A stretch of DNA of 64,000 nucleotides from Candidatus Eiseniibacteriota bacterium (GTDB taxonomy: Bacteria > Eisenbacteria > RBG-16-71-46 > JABDJR01). Shown here piece after piece: positions 38,956-49,771 of the stretch (within the stretch, counting starts at the first letter, position 1; the number at the start of each line of letters is the position of its first letter). The translations under genes were made by a program, and so were the position numbers. The notes beneath the pieces were generated by a model, which did no database searches, was not told where the DNA came from, and worked only from the letters and a program-made list of their open reading frames with translations. Location: positions 1,312,001 to 1,376,000 of the forward strand of contig CAWANH010000029.1 of assembly GCA_963783375.1 (NCBI GenBank), read 5' to 3'.

Positions 38956-39975
38956 TCAGGGCGGCCCCGGGGCACGACGGGCCTCGCGGCGGCGGTACTC
39001 CTCGGCCCGCTTCCGGTTCCGGCGGTGCTCGTCGAAGTCCCGGGCGAACAGATGGGTGCCGTCCCCCCGGGCCACGAAATACAGCTCCTTGGACTCCGGG
39101 GTCGGCCAAAGAACCGCCCGGAGCGAACCGAGCCCCGGGCTTCCGATCGGACCCGGGGGAAGCCCGGGCCACCGGTACGTATTATACGGGGAAGGGTTCT
39201 CCAGGTCTTCCAGGAGGGTTTTCGGCCGCCGTTCCCCGAGAGCGTAGTTTACGGTGGGATCCGCCTGGAGCGGGAGCCCCACACGGAGCCGGTTCAGGAA
39301 GACCGCGGCGATCCGGGGCCGCTCCTCGGGCACCCGGGCCTCCGCCTCCACGATCGAGGCCAGGGTCACCACCTGGTTCAAGTCGAGCGGCGTCGATCCC
39401 GCCCGCGCGGCCAGATGCGTCCGCCAGACCCGGAAGAACTGGCCCACCATCTCCCGAACCGCCTCCCGGGCCGGGGAGCCGGGAACGATCCGGTAGGTGT
39501 CGGGGAACAGGTAGCCTTCGGCGGTCGGGCCGGGGACCCCCAGGGAGCGGACGAAGGCGCTGTCGGTGGCCGCGGCCATGAAACTGTCCGCGCCGCCCTC
39601 CACCCAGGGGTCCACGCGCCGGGCGATCTCGGCCATCCAGAGCCCTTCGGGAATGGTGACCGAGGTGTCCTCGACGTCTCCCGCGGCCAGCCGATTGACC
39701 AGCTCCCACGCCCACTCGTCCGAGGACCCGCGGTAGGGTCCGGCCTTCAGATCCCTGGACTTCCCCATGACGACGGCCAGAGCGGAGAACGCCCGCCGCT
39801 CGCGAATCAGCCCCACCCCGTGCAGGGTCACCGCGATCTCGGACAGGCCCTCCCCCGGCTCCACCACGAAGGAGGTCTCGTAGGGGTGGGACGGCTGGAC
39901 CGGGGAGAGGAGCGCGAGGAGGAACGCCAGGATCCCGGCCGCCAGGACCACGGGCAGGAGCCGGAGCTTACGCAC
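38956..39975 (-). CDS. mltG: Endolytic transglycosylase MltG
   Basis: VTIPEG, EGYLFPDTY, LASIVEAE, LQADPT, SPYNTY..GLPPGPI. Confidence 0.95.
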   Translation of the reverse strand: MRKLRLLPVVLAAGILAFLLALLSPVQPSHPYETSFVVEPGEGLSEIAVTLHGVGLIRERRAFSALAVVMGKSRDLKAGPYRGSSDEWAWELVNRLAAGDVEDTSVTIPEGLWMAEIARRVDPWVEGGADSFMAAATDSAFVRSLGVPGPTAEGYLFPDTYRIVPGSPAREAVREMVGQFFRVWRTHLAARAGSTPLDLNQVVTLASIVEAEARVPEERPRIAAVFLNRLRVGLPLQADPTVNYALGERRPKTLLEDLENPSPYNTYRWPGLPPGPIGSPGLGSLRAVLWPTPESKELYFVARGDGTHLFARDFDEHRRNRKRAEEYRRREARRAPGPP

Positions 39976-40393
39976 CCCGCTCTCCCCGGGCCGCCGCCGC
40001 GAGATGCTCCTCCAGGAGCAGCAGGGCCGCGGTCTGATCCACCCGTCCCGGCGCGGGGCGGGTCTCTCCCCGCTCCCGGAGGAAGTCCCGGGCCGCCTCG
40101 GAGGTCAGGCGTTCGTCGAGGTAGCGGACGGCGAAGCCTCCGGCGGCCAGCGCCGCCCCCAGCTTTCGCGCCCGCGCCGCCGAGGCCCCCTCGCTGCCGT
40201 CCATGTTGAGGGGGAGCCCCACCAGGACCAGGTCGGCGCCGGTCTCCCGGGCCGTCTCCAGAACCTTCGAGGCGGCCTCGCGCGCGCTGTGAACGGCCAG
40301 GGTGGGAAGCGGCCGCGCCACCACCCCGGTGGGATCGCTCACCGCCAGCCCCACCCGCTTCGTTCCCCAGTCCACGGCCAGGACCCGCGTCAC
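39968..40393 (-). CDS. ruvX: RuvX/YqgF pre-16S rRNA nuclease
   Basis: VLAVDWGTKRVGLAVSD, VGLPLNMDG, DERLTS. Confidence 0.93.
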   Translation of the reverse strand: MTRVLAVDWGTKRVGLAVSDPTGVVARPLPTLAVHSAREAASKVLETARETGADLVLVGLPLNMDGSEGASAARARKLGAALAAGGFAVRYLDERLTSEAARDFLRERGETRPAPGRVDQTAALLLLEEHLAAAARGERGA

Positions 40394-40842
40394 CCCTTCT
40401 CCTCGGCGTCGCCCCCGTCCCGCTTGCTGCGATGCTTGACCAGGCGAACCAGGGTTCCCCGGGAGAAGTCGAACTCCACCTCGTCCATCATCGACCGCAT
40501 GATATAGATGCCGCGGCCGCGGGTGGCCAGAAGGTCGGGAGGGGGAAGAGCCCCCGCCCGCTGGGGATCGAATCCCCCTCCCACGTCTTCGATGGTGATG
40601 GTGAGGGTGTCCTTCTCGATCTCGAAGGTGACGCTCACCGACTTCTGCGCTTCGGCGTGATGGCCGTGCTGAATGGCGTTGGTGCAAGCCTCGATCACCG
40701 AAATGGCCACCGCGTCCCGGTCCACATCCTCGAACTCCATGTGCTCGGTGATTCCGTCGGCCAGCTTGTCCACGACTCCCAGCAGCTCGAGGCGACTCGG
40801 CAGGCTCAGCTGAATCATGTGTCCACCCTTGGGGTCAGGCAT
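40390..40842 (-). CDS. RsbW-like anti-sigma factor kinase
   Basis: EACTNAIQHG, EDVGGGFD, GRGIYIMRSMMD. Confidence 0.9.
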   Translation of the reverse strand: MPDPKGGHMIQLSLPSRLELLGVVDKLADGITEHMEFEDVDRDAVAISVIEACTNAIQHGHHAEAQKSVSVTFEIEKDTLTITIEDVGGGFDPQRAGALPPPDLLATRGRGIYIMRSMMDEVEFDFSRGTLVRLVKHRSKRDGGDAEEKG

Positions 40843-40849
40843 GGTCGGG

Positions 40850-41185
40850 TCAAAAGCTCGCGAGGGCTCGGGTTTCGTCGTCGAAGGACTCGAAAATCGT
40901 GTTCAGCTTGGTGACCATGAAGATCTGGTCGATCCGCTTGTTGACGTGGAGGAGTTTGAGCATCCCCCCGCTGTTCTGGAGGGTGGTGTACCCGGAAATG
41001 AGGATGCCGAGGCCGGTGGAGTTCACCCACGAGACCTTGCCCATGTCCACCAGGACCTTCTTCCGGTCGGTGCCCAGAAGATCCTTGATGGCCTTCCGGA
41101 ACTCGTCCGAATCGGGGCCCCCCATGAGCTTACCCTCCATACGGAGGATCGTGATCTCCCCGTTGTCCTCACGCTTCAGCTTCAT
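40850..41185 (-). CDS. STAS anti-anti-sigma factor (RsbV-like)
   Basis: DMGKVSWVNSTGLGIL; TKLNTIFE. Confidence 0.9.
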   Translation of the reverse strand: MKLKREDNGEITILRMEGKLMGGPDSDEFRKAIKDLLGTDRKKVLVDMGKVSWVNSTGLGILISGYTTLQNSGGMLKLLHVNKRIDQIFMVTKLNTIFESFDDETRALASF

Positions 41186-42189
41186 ACTTCCTCCTTCGAA
41201 CCTACCGTCATCGCCCCGGGGGGGACGCCGAGCAGTCCGGCCGCCCGGCTCATGTCTTCCGCCAACCTGCTCGTGAACTCCAACCGGGCCCCGGAGACCG
41301 GATGCCGAAAGGCCAGGATCACGGCGTGGAGGGCCTGGCGATCCAGGACCCGGAGAGCTTCCCGGATCCGCGACCGCTCCGCCTCCGAGGGGGAGAACCC
41401 CCGAACCGAGCGCCCACCGTACTCCGGGTCCCCGAAGACCGGCCACCCCTGATGTTTGAGGTGGGCGCGAATCTGGTGAGTCCGCCCGGTTTCCAGGGCC
41501 AGGGTCAGGACGCTCACCCCGTTCCCCGACCATCCCACCCGATACCGGGTCGCCGCCGCCCGCCCTCCGGTCCCCACCACCCGCATCCGGCGCCGGTCGG
41601 CCCGGCTCCGGGCCAGCGATCCGGTGATTCTACCTGTTTCCGCGCCCGGCGCACCCCAAACCAGAGCCCAGTAGCGACGCGACACCTCCCGGGCGGCCAG
41701 GGCCGCCGAGAGCCGCCGGTGGGCGGCGTCGGTCTTGGCCACCACCAGGAGCCCGCTGGTTCCCTTGTCCAGCCGGTGGACGATCCCCGGGCGGAAGGGC
41801 GCCCCCACCGTGCTGAGCGGCGTCCCCCGGCCCAGGAGCGCGTTCACCAGCGTCCCCCGGCTCCGCCCCGCGCCGGGGTGCACCACCAGGCCCGCCGGCT
41901 TGTCCACCACCAGGATCGACTCGTCCTCGAACACGACGTCGAGCGGGATATCCTCGGGCTCCGGGACCACCGCCGGCGGCGGCGGGACCTCGATCTCCAC
42001 CCGCTCCCCGGCGCGAACCGGGTGACCGGCCTTGACCGCGATCCCGTCCACGGTCGCCCGGCCCTCGTCCATCAGCTTCTTGATCCGGGACCGGGTGAGC
42101 CCGGGGTCCGCCTCCGTGAGCCTTCGGGCCAGGAGCCGGTCCAGCCGCTCCCCCGCCTCAGCGCTCGTCACGCGATGACGCCATCGCAT
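41182..42189 (-). CDS. rluD: RluA family pseudouridine synthase with S4 domain
   Basis: RLD..L, DKPAGLVVHP, IVHRLDKGTSG, LETGRTHQIR, RQALHA. Confidence 0.93.
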   Translation of the reverse strand: MRWRHRVTSAEAGERLDRLLARRLTEADPGLTRSRIKKLMDEGRATVDGIAVKAGHPVRAGERVEIEVPPPPAVVPEPEDIPLDVVFEDESILVVDKPAGLVVHPGAGRSRGTLVNALLGRGTPLSTVGAPFRPGIVHRLDKGTSGLLVVAKTDAAHRRLSAALAAREVSRRYWALVWGAPGAETGRITGSLARSRADRRRMRVVGTGGRAAATRYRVGWSGNGVSVLTLALETGRTHQIRAHLKHQGWPVFGDPEYGGRSVRGFSPSEAERSRIREALRVLDRQALHAVILAFRHPVSGARLEFTSRLAEDMSRAAGLLGVPPGAMTVGSKEEV

Positions 42190-42907
42190 GAGGGGGTTCC
42201 TCCGGGCCGGGGGGCTCCGCGTCTCCGGCTTCGTCCGCGGCGCCGGGTTCGCCCACCGAGGCCTCGTCGTCTTCCTCCCGTCCCCAGAAGACCAGCCCCA
42301 CCGCCAGCCAGCACACCCCGATGGTCACCGCGGAGTCGGCCACGTTGAACACCGGCCAGTAGAGGTCGGGGGGGATCCCGATCTGGACGAAATCGACCAC
42401 CTGGCCGGCCAGGACCCGGTCGACGAGGTTTCCGATCGCCCCGCCCAGGATGAGGCCGAGGGGAAGAATGGTGTGGAGGCGGGTGCTGCGGCGCCAGGCC
42501 ACCGTGACCACGATGATCACCGCGGCCACCGACACCGCCACCAGCACCGGGCGGCTCCCGGGGAAGAGACCGAAGGCCGCGCCGGGGTTGTGAATGAAGG
42601 TCAGCCGGACCCAGTCCCCCACGATCCGGACCACGCCATGGTATGGGATGCTCTCCACCACCATCCGCTTGGTGATCCAGTCGGCGATGAGGATGACCGC
42701 GGCCAGGGAGAGGAAGATCGCCCGGTTCCGGGTCGGAGACCCCGCCCCGGTGGATCGGGACCCGGGATCGGCCGATGGGGGCCCGGCCGGGAGCGGCGGC
42801 CGGTTCAGCGGGCGCCTCGCCGCTTCTCTTCCTTGGCCTTGCACTCGATGCAGAGCCGGGCCTGGGGAAGAGCCAGGAGCCGTTCCCGGCCGATGGGCTC
42901 CCCGCAC
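42158..42907 (-). CDS. lspA: Lipoprotein signal peptidase II (true start probably near 42808)
   Basis: NPGAAFG, GGAIGNLVDR, VVDF, WPVFNVADS. Confidence 0.93.
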   Translation of the reverse strand: MRGAHRPGTAPGSSPGPALHRVQGQGREAARRPLNRPPLPAGPPSADPGSRSTGAGSPTRNRAIFLSLAAVILIADWITKRMVVESIPYHGVVRIVGDWVRLTFIHNPGAAFGLFPGSRPVLVAVSVAAVIIVVTVAWRRSTRLHTILPLGLILGGAIGNLVDRVLAGQVVDFVQIGIPPDLYWPVFNVADSAVTIGVCWLAVGLVFWGREEDDEASVGEPGAADEAGDAEPPGPEEPPHAMASSRDER

Positions 42908-43185
42908 GACTCGCAGGCGCCGAATTCCTTCCGGTAGAGCCGGCGAAGGGCGTCGATGGTGTCGTAGAGCATTTCCCCTTCGGCCGAGGAGCGAAGGAAA
43001 CTCATGTCCCGCTCGAAGGCGTCGGATCCCAGGTCGGCCATGTGGAACGAGTAGGACGAGAGGTCCCCCGAGGACTCCTTCACGTTCTGAAGCAGGCCCG
43101 ACTCGAGATGTCCCAGCTCCTTGATGAGCCGCTCGCGCTCCTCCAACAACTTCCGTTCGATGAGGGCCAAATCTTTCTTGTTCAT
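42805..43185 (-). CDS. DksA/TraR C4 zinc-finger protein (YteA-like HMAD motif)
   Basis: HMADLGSD; CESCGEPIGRERLLALP..LCIEC. Confidence 0.9.
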   Translation of the reverse strand: MNKKDLALIERKLLEERERLIKELGHLESGLLQNVKESSGDLSSYSFHMADLGSDAFERDMSFLRSSAEGEMLYDTIDALRRLYRKEFGACESCGEPIGRERLLALPQARLCIECKAKEEKRRGAR

Positions 43186-43255
43186 CGGGGTTCCCTTCCT
43201 CGCTCGCATCCCGAGGTCCCCCTGCGTTACCTCTTGGCCGGGCGGAGCCGGTTGC

Positions 43256-46200
43256 TCAATCCTTTTTCTCGAGTCGCACGGTGACCCGCGCCCCCTCCAC
43301 GTCCCACGCATCGTCTTCCGGAACCGGCGGGCCGAGTTCCAGCTCGTCGGCCAGAAGCTCGGCCTGCATGAATCCCCGGTGCTCCCCGGCCGCCTCGGCC
43401 AGGGGGCCTTCCGCCCCCACCCGGACCCGGACCCGGTCGGTGATGGCCAGGCCCCGCTCCTTGCGGAGGTTCTGGAGCCGGTGCACCAGCTCCCGCACCC
43501 GCCCCTCCCGCTCCAGGGCGGGGTCGAGCCGGGTGTCCAGAGCGACCCGGAGCCCTCCCTCCTCCATCGCGGCCAGGCCTTCCCTCGCGGTGGTCTCCAC
43601 CTGGATCTCCTCGCCCCCCACCCGGACCGGCTCCATACCCTCGGGGGCCACCAGCCAGGAGGCCTCGGCCAGGCCCGCCCGCACCGCCTCGGCGTCGAGG
43701 GCCTTGACCGCCGCCGCCACCCGGTTCACCTCGCCCCCGAACCGGGGCCCCAGCGCCTTGAAATTCGGCTTCAGACGCGCGTCCATCAGGGACTCGGAGT
43801 CGGTGAATTCTACCCGCTTGACGTTGATCTCGTCCCGGATCACTTCGAGAAACTCCTCGTCCAGCGCTCCTCCCCCCCCCGCCACCAGCAGCCGGGCCAG
43901 GGGTTGGCGCACCTTGATCCCGACCTGGGTGCGGGCGGCCCGTCCCAGCTCGGTGATCCGGAGCGCCCGGTCCATGGCGGCTTCCAGGGCGGGATCGCGC
44001 CGGTCGTCGCCGGGGGCGGGATAGCGCGCGAGGTGGACGCTCTCGACGGCGCCGGAATCATACGGAACCACGAGGGCCCGGTGCAGGGTTTCGGAGAGGA
44101 AGGGTGCGAAGGGGGCGACCAGCCTCGCCACCGTGCCCAGAACCTCGTGGAGGGTGGCGTATGCCGACTCCTTGTCCGGCCCCCGCTCCCCCTTCCAGAA
44201 CCGGCGGCGGCTCCGGCGCACGTACCAGTTGGAAAGCTCGTCCTGAACGAAGGCGGAAAGGGTGCGGGCGGCCCGGGTCATCTGGTACCGGCGCAGATCC
44301 TCGCGCATGGAGACGGAGACCGCGTCCAGCCGGGCCAGGAGCCAGCGGTCGAGGACCGGGCGCTCGGCGAACGGGGGCGGCTCCCCCGGGGGCGTCCAGC
44401 CGTCCACGTTGGCGTAGGTGGCGAAGAAGGACGCCACGTTCCTGAGGGTGCCGAAGAACTTCCGGGCCGCCTCGGTCACCCCCTCGCGGGCGAAGCGGGT
44501 GGTGACCCAGGGCGGGGAATTGGCGGTGAGGTACCAGCGCAGGGCGTCGGCCCCCTCCGCCTGGAGCACGTCCCAGGGATCGACGGTATTGCCCAGGCGC
44601 TTGGACATCTTCCGGCCCTGATCGTCCAGGATCAGCTCGTTGGCCACCACCGCCTTGAACGGGGCGCGTCCCTCCACCAGGGTGGCGATGGCCAGGAGCG
44701 AGTAGAACCAGCCCCGGCTCTGGTCGATCCCCTCGCAGATGAAGTCCGCGGGAAAGCTGTGGCGGAAGACGTCCTCGTTCTCGAAGGGATAGTGCCACTG
44801 GGCGAAGGGCATGCTCCCCGAGTCGAACCACACGTCGGTGACCTCGGGGATGCGCCGCATCTCCCCGCCGCACTCCGGGCAGGGGAAGACCACCCGGTCG
44901 ATGAACGGGCGGTGGAGGTCGTCGGGAACCCCGGCCCCCCGGTCGGCGATCTCCTTCCGGCTCCCGATGCAAAGGGTATGGGCGCATTCCTCCGCCCCGC
45001 AGCGCCAGATCGGAAGCGGGGTGGCCCAGAAGCGCTCACGGGAGATGGCCCAGTCCACGTTGTTGTCGAGCCAGTTCCCGAACCGGCTCTTCCCCACCTG
45101 GGGCGGGAACCAGCTCACCCCGGCGTTCTCCGAGAGCATCTTCTCCTTGAGCGCGGTGGTCCGGAGATACCAGGAGTCCCGGGCGTAGTAGAGAAGGGGG
45201 GAATCGCAGCGCCAGCAGAAGGGATAGCTGTGCTCGTGGTCCTCGCGCTTCACGAGCAGGCCCTGTTCATCCAGGAAGGCGATGATCTCCGGGTCCACCT
45301 CGCGGACCTTCCGCCCGGCGAAGACGGGGACGTCGGCGGTGAAGTGGCCGGTGGGATCCACGGTGTGGAAGGCGGGAAGGTCGAGCTTCATGCCGAGGGT
45401 GTAGTCGTCGGCCCCGTACATCACCGCGGTGTGAACCACCCCGGTCCCCTCCTCGGTGGTGACGAAGTCCGCGTCGGCCACGTAGTAGGCGCGCTTGCCG
45501 GTTTCGGCTTCGAGGTCCAGTCCCTCGAAGAGGGGCCGGTAGCGGAGGCCGACCAGGTCCGCGCCCTTGAACGTTCCTCGACCACCTCGGGGGCTTCCTC
45601 GTGGTGGGGCCGTTTCAGGACCTCCAGGCGGTCCTTGGCCAGGACGAGGTACTCGGTCTTCCCGGTGCGGGGGTTCCGCTCCCGCACCTTCACGTAGTCG
45701 ATGTGCTTCCCGACGGCCAGGGCCACGTTTCCGGGGAGGGTCCAGGGGGTGGTGGTCCAGGCCAGGATGTAGGTATCGGGCTGGTCCACCACCGGAAATC
45801 TCACGGTGACCGAGGGATCGACGACGGTCTTGTAGCCCTGGGAGACCTCGTGGTCGCTGAGCGCGGTCTGGCAGCGCGGGCAATAGGGCACCACCTTGAA
45901 GCCGGCGTAGAAGAGCCCCGCGTCCCAGAACCGCTTCAGGAGCCACCACACCGTCTCCATGTAGTCGTTTTCGAGGGTCACGTAGGGGTGCTCGAGGTCG
46001 AGCCAGAACCCGATCCGCTCGGTGATCCGGTCCCACTCGTCCTTGTACTTGAACACGCTCTTCCGGCAGCGGGCGTTGAACTCGGCCAGCCCGAAGCCCT
46101 CGATCTGGTCCTTCCCCTCGATCCCCAGCTCCTTCTCGACCTCGATCTCCACCGGGAGGCCGTGGGTGTCCCAGCCTCCCTTCCGGCGGACCTTGTACCC

Positions 46201-46473
46201 CTCCATGGTCCAGAAGCGGCAGACCAGGTCCTTCACCGTGCGGGAGAGGACGTGGTGAACGCCGGGGCGGCCGTTGGTGGTGGGCGGGCCTTCGAAGAAG
46301 ACGAAGGGCTTCTCCTCGGGGCGGTCCTCCATGGACTTCCGGAAGATGTCCCGGTCCCGCCAGAACGCGAGGACCCGCTCCTCCTCGGCGGTGGCGGAAA
46401 GCCCGGTGTCGAACGCCGGGAACGGGGGCGCAGGCTGGTCGGGCGCGTTGGGCGTGGCGGGACGGTCGGTCAT
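43256..46473 (-). CDS. ileS: Isoleucine--tRNA ligase (IleRS2 type); one frameshift near 45575
   Basis: EGPPTTNGRPGVHH, GWDTHGLP, WTTTPWTL, DWAISRERFW, DQSRGWFY, KMSKR; two ORFs join. Confidence 0.93.
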
Positions 46474-47355
46474 CTAGAGACGCTCCAGCATCTTGGTGAT
46501 GAGCCGCTTCAGGGCGGGTTCGGCCGAGGCCGCGGTGGCCAGGATGCGGGTGATGTCCACCGGCTCCAGGGCGTCGGGAAAACAGGCGTCGGTGATGACC
46601 GAGAGCCCGAGCACCTTCATGCCGCCGTGCACCGCCACCAGGGTCTCGGGGACCAGGCTCATGCCGACCACGTCGGCGCCGATGCCCCGGAGGAAACGGT
46701 ACTCGGCCCGGGTCTCCAGGTTGGGCCCCGACACCGCCACGAACACGCCCTTCCGGAGGGGGATCCGCTCCTCGAGGGCGATCTCCTCGACCAGCTCCAC
46801 GAGCTTCCGGGAGTAGGGCTCGCTCATGTCGGGAAAGCGCGGACCCAGCTCGTCGGCGTTGGGCCCGATCAGGGGGTTGTCCCCCATCAGGTTGATGTGA
46901 TCGGTCACCGCCATGATGTCGCCGGGGCTCATGAGCGGGTTCATGCCGCCGACCGCGTTGGAGATGATGAGGGCTTCCGCGCCCAGCGCCCGCATCACCC
47001 GGACCGGGAAGGTGACCTCCAGCATGGAGTACCCCTCGTAGTAGTGGACGCGGCCCTCCATGGCGACCACCGGGGTGTTCTTGATCCTGCCCAGGACGAG
47101 GTTCCCGGCGTGGCTCTCCGCGGTGGAGCGGACGAAGCCGGGGATCTCCCCGAAGGGGATCCGGTCGGGCTTGTCCACCGCGCCGGAGAGGTCTCCCAGG
47201 CCGGTGCCCAGGATGAGCCCCACCCGGGGGGCGACCTTCGAGCGGCCGCGGATGAAGTCGACCGCGGTCTGGATCCGTTCGAGCAGGGAGGCGGCCGCGT
47301 CCGGAGTGGACGCGGGGTGGTCTGAGGCTGCCGGGTTCCGGGGGGTCGGGGTCAC
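46474..47355 (-). CDS. punA: Purine-nucleoside phosphorylase
   Basis: LILGTGLG, GRVHYYEG, GPRFPDM, GPNLETRAE, GADVVGMS. Confidence 0.93.
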   Translation of the reverse strand: MTPTPRNPAASDHPASTPDAAASLLERIQTAVDFIRGRSKVAPRVGLILGTGLGDLSGAVDKPDRIPFGEIPGFVRSTAESHAGNLVLGRIKNTPVVAMEGRVHYYEGYSMLEVTFPVRVMRALGAEALIISNAVGGMNPLMSPGDIMAVTDHINLMGDNPLIGPNADELGPRFPDMSEPYSRKLVELVEEIALEERIPLRKGVFVAVSGPNLETRAEYRFLRGIGADVVGMSLVPETLVAVHGGMKVLGLSVITDACFPDALEPVDITRILATAASAEPALKRLITKMLERL

Positions 47356-47395
47356 GTCGGTCTCCTAGGTCATGAGGCGGTTTGATTGTCTCGGT

Positions 47396-47441
47396 TACGG
47401 GGTCGTCGGCTTCCCCGGGTACGGGGTCGTCGGCTTCCCGG
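47396..47441. repeat. 24-bp tandem duplication
   Basis: TACGGGGTCGTCGGCTTCCC(C)GG x2. Confidence 0.85.
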
Positions 47442-47465
47442 ATCGTCCTACCCGGTTGCGGGCGG

Positions 47466-48248
47466 TCAGGCGCGGGAACCGAAGAGATCGGTACCGACCC
47501 GTACCTGGGTCGCCCCCTCCTCGATTCCGATCTCCAGATCTCCGCTCATGCCCATGGAGAGCTCCGGGAACTCCCGGCCGAGGCGCTCCCGGAACCGGTC
47601 CCGGATCTCCCGGAGACGCCGGAAGGCGGGCCGGGCCGCCTCGGGGTCGTCGGCCAGGGGGCCGATGGTGAGGAAACCCCGGGGGTCCACCCCGGCCGGC
47701 GGCTCGGCCAGACGGCGGGCGAGCGCTTCGAATTCCTCCGGTTCGAACCCCCCCTTGGAAGCCTCCCCCGAGCAGTTGAACTCCAGGAGCACCGGGACGG
47801 TGCGACCGGCCCGGACCGCCTCCCCGGCGATCGCGTCCAGAAGCCGAAAGGAATCGACGCTGTCCACGGTGTCGAAGAGCGCCAGGGCCTGTTTCACCTT
47901 GTTCCGCTGGAGGTGACCGATCAGCCGCCAGGTGAGCGGCGGGCCGCTCCAGACCCGGTTGACCTCCGGGACCTTGTCGCGGGCCTCCTGCACCCGGTTC
48001 TCGCCGAAGACGCCCTGACCGGCCGCGGCCAGCTCCGCCACCCGCGCGGCGGGAACGGTCTTGGACACCGCGACCAGCGTGATCTCCGCCGGGTCCCGGC
48101 CCGCCCGCTCCGCCGCCTTTCGGATGCGGTCCCGGACGGTTTCCAGGCGGCCGGCGGGGCCGGCGTCCTCGGTGCGGCCGGAGTCTTCGGGAGGCCCGGC
48201 TTCGCCCGGTCTCCCCCGGTTCTGGGCTCGATCCCTCTCCTCGGACAT
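47466..48248 (-). CDS. yggS: YggS family PLP homeostasis protein
   Basis: LVAVSKT, FGENRVQE, IGHLQRNK, LSMGMSGD, VRVGT..FG. Confidence 0.95.
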   Translation of the reverse strand: MSEERDRAQNRGRPGEAGPPEDSGRTEDAGPAGRLETVRDRIRKAAERAGRDPAEITLVAVSKTVPAARVAELAAAGQGVFGENRVQEARDKVPEVNRVWSGPPLTWRLIGHLQRNKVKQALALFDTVDSVDSFRLLDAIAGEAVRAGRTVPVLLEFNCSGEASKGGFEPEEFEALARRLAEPPAGVDPRGFLTIGPLADDPEAARPAFRRLREIRDRFRERLGREFPELSMGMSGDLEIGIEEGATQVRVGTDLFGSRA

Positions 48249-48356
48249 GAGGCGGCAACTATACGGGAAGCGGGAATGCGGGGGAAGAGGCGGGTGGGCC
48301 CGGGGGCGGGGGGTATGGGCCGCGGGGAGGATCGAATCGGTGGAGCCGGGCCGCCA

Positions 48357-49505
48357 TCAGAACAGGGTGAGGTCCTCCGCGCCCGGCAGGGGCTCGGATT
48401 CGGACGCGAGAATGCGGGCCAACCGCTCCGGCCAGGATCGAGAGACGGAGAGGACCGCCCTCCCCCCGGTGAGTCTCCCCGGCGACCGCAGGTCAAGCTC
48501 CTGGAGGCTCCGGCGAAACTCCCGGACGAGGGTGGGATCCCACCATCCCTTGCCCGCTTCCTCGGCGAGGATGTTGAAAGCCCCCTCCACGCTGAACGAG
48601 GGGCGATAGGGTCGCGTGCTGGTGAGCGCGTCGAAGACGTCGGCGATGCTGGTGATCCGGACGAGGAGCGGTATGGCCAGGCCGCTCAGCCCCTCGGGAT
48701 AACCGGATCCGTCCAGTCTTTCGTGATGAGACAGCACGATCGGAAACACCCGGGAGAACGTGCGAAGGTGGCCGACGATCCGGGCCCCCTTGGCCGGGTG
48801 AGTCTGCACCTCTCTCCGCTCCTCCGCGGTGAGGGCGCCATCCTTGAGCAACACCGCGTCGCCCACCGCGACCTTCCCGATGTCGTGGAGCAAACCGCCC
48901 AGACGGAGCGTTCGTAGATCCCGGGGATCCAGGGCGATCGTCCGGCCGAGGGCTTCGGCGTACAGGGAGACCCGCTCGCTGTGACCCGCGGTGTAGGGGT
49001 CGCGGGCGTCGATGGAAGAGGCCAGGGTCAGGATCACCCGCGTCGCGTCCTCGAGGACGTCGGTGAAGGACTTGAGACGAACCAGGGACCGCACCCGGAC
49101 CAACAGCTCCTCCGGATCGAAGGGCTTCTTGAGAAACTCGGTCGCTCCCTCCCGGATGGCGGTGAGCTTCTCCGTCGCGACCTCGGTTCCGCTGAGCATC
49201 ATGATCGGAATCAGCCGGGTATCCGGGTCGAATCTCAGCTTCCGGAGAATGTCGTGGCCGTTGGCGTCGGGCAGGTCCAGGTCCAGCAGGATGACGTCCG
49301 GGTCGGCGACCCCGAGAACCCGCCAGAATGCCGCCCCGGAATCCGCCTCGAGCACCACGAATCCGGCCCCGGTCAGGAGCGTGCGGAGAAACTCCCGGAA
49401 GGGGCGATGGTCGTCCACCACGAGCACGACCCCACCTTGAACGGGATCATCGGCATGAAGAGAATACGGAACCGCGCTCGGTGGTTGGCCTGGGGCGGTC
49501 GACAT
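48357..49505 (-). CDS. REC + HD-GYP cyclic di-GMP phosphodiesterase (RpfG-like)
   Basis: VLVVDD, ILLD, KPF; GHSERV, LHDIGK, HHERLDGSGYP, RPYR. Confidence 0.92.
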   Translation of the reverse strand: MSTAPGQPPSAVPYSLHADDPVQGGVVLVVDDHRPFREFLRTLLTGAGFVVLEADSGAAFWRVLGVADPDVILLDLDLPDANGHDILRKLRFDPDTRLIPIMMLSGTEVATEKLTAIREGATEFLKKPFDPEELLVRVRSLVRLKSFTDVLEDATRVILTLASSIDARDPYTAGHSERVSLYAEALGRTIALDPRDLRTLRLGGLLHDIGKVAVGDAVLLKDGALTAEERREVQTHPAKGARIVGHLRTFSRVFPIVLSHHERLDGSGYPEGLSGLAIPLLVRITSIADVFDALTSTRPYRPSFSVEGAFNILAEEAGKGWWDPTLVREFRRSLQELDLRSPGRLTGGRAVLSVSRSWPERLARILASESEPLPGAEDLTLF

Positions 49506-49771
49506 GCTGATTGTCCTCGTTGAATCCGGCGAGCCCAGTCGCTCGTGCGGACGCACGGTAGGGGGTGAACTGAACAGATTACAACTTTGATGCATTTTTT
49601 CCAATTTATTTAATTTTCCCAGGTCGTCAACTCCGTACTGCGGCGGGGGTTCGGAGGACGCGGGGACGATCGGACGGACGGGCACGGGGGGATCGAACCG
49701 CAACCGGACCCCTTCGGGTGGGGCGAGCGGGGAGGGGCGTGGCCGCTCCCCACCCCGCGCGGCGCGGCCGC

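Noticed and set aside
43256-46473. ileS pseudogene or programmed frameshift
   Set aside because: Essential gene, both halves intact, no slippery heptamer; matches other scattered indel errors
47396-47441. 24-bp duplication as a regulatory element
   Set aside because: Two copies only; consistent with simple slippage; kept as a feature, not a finding
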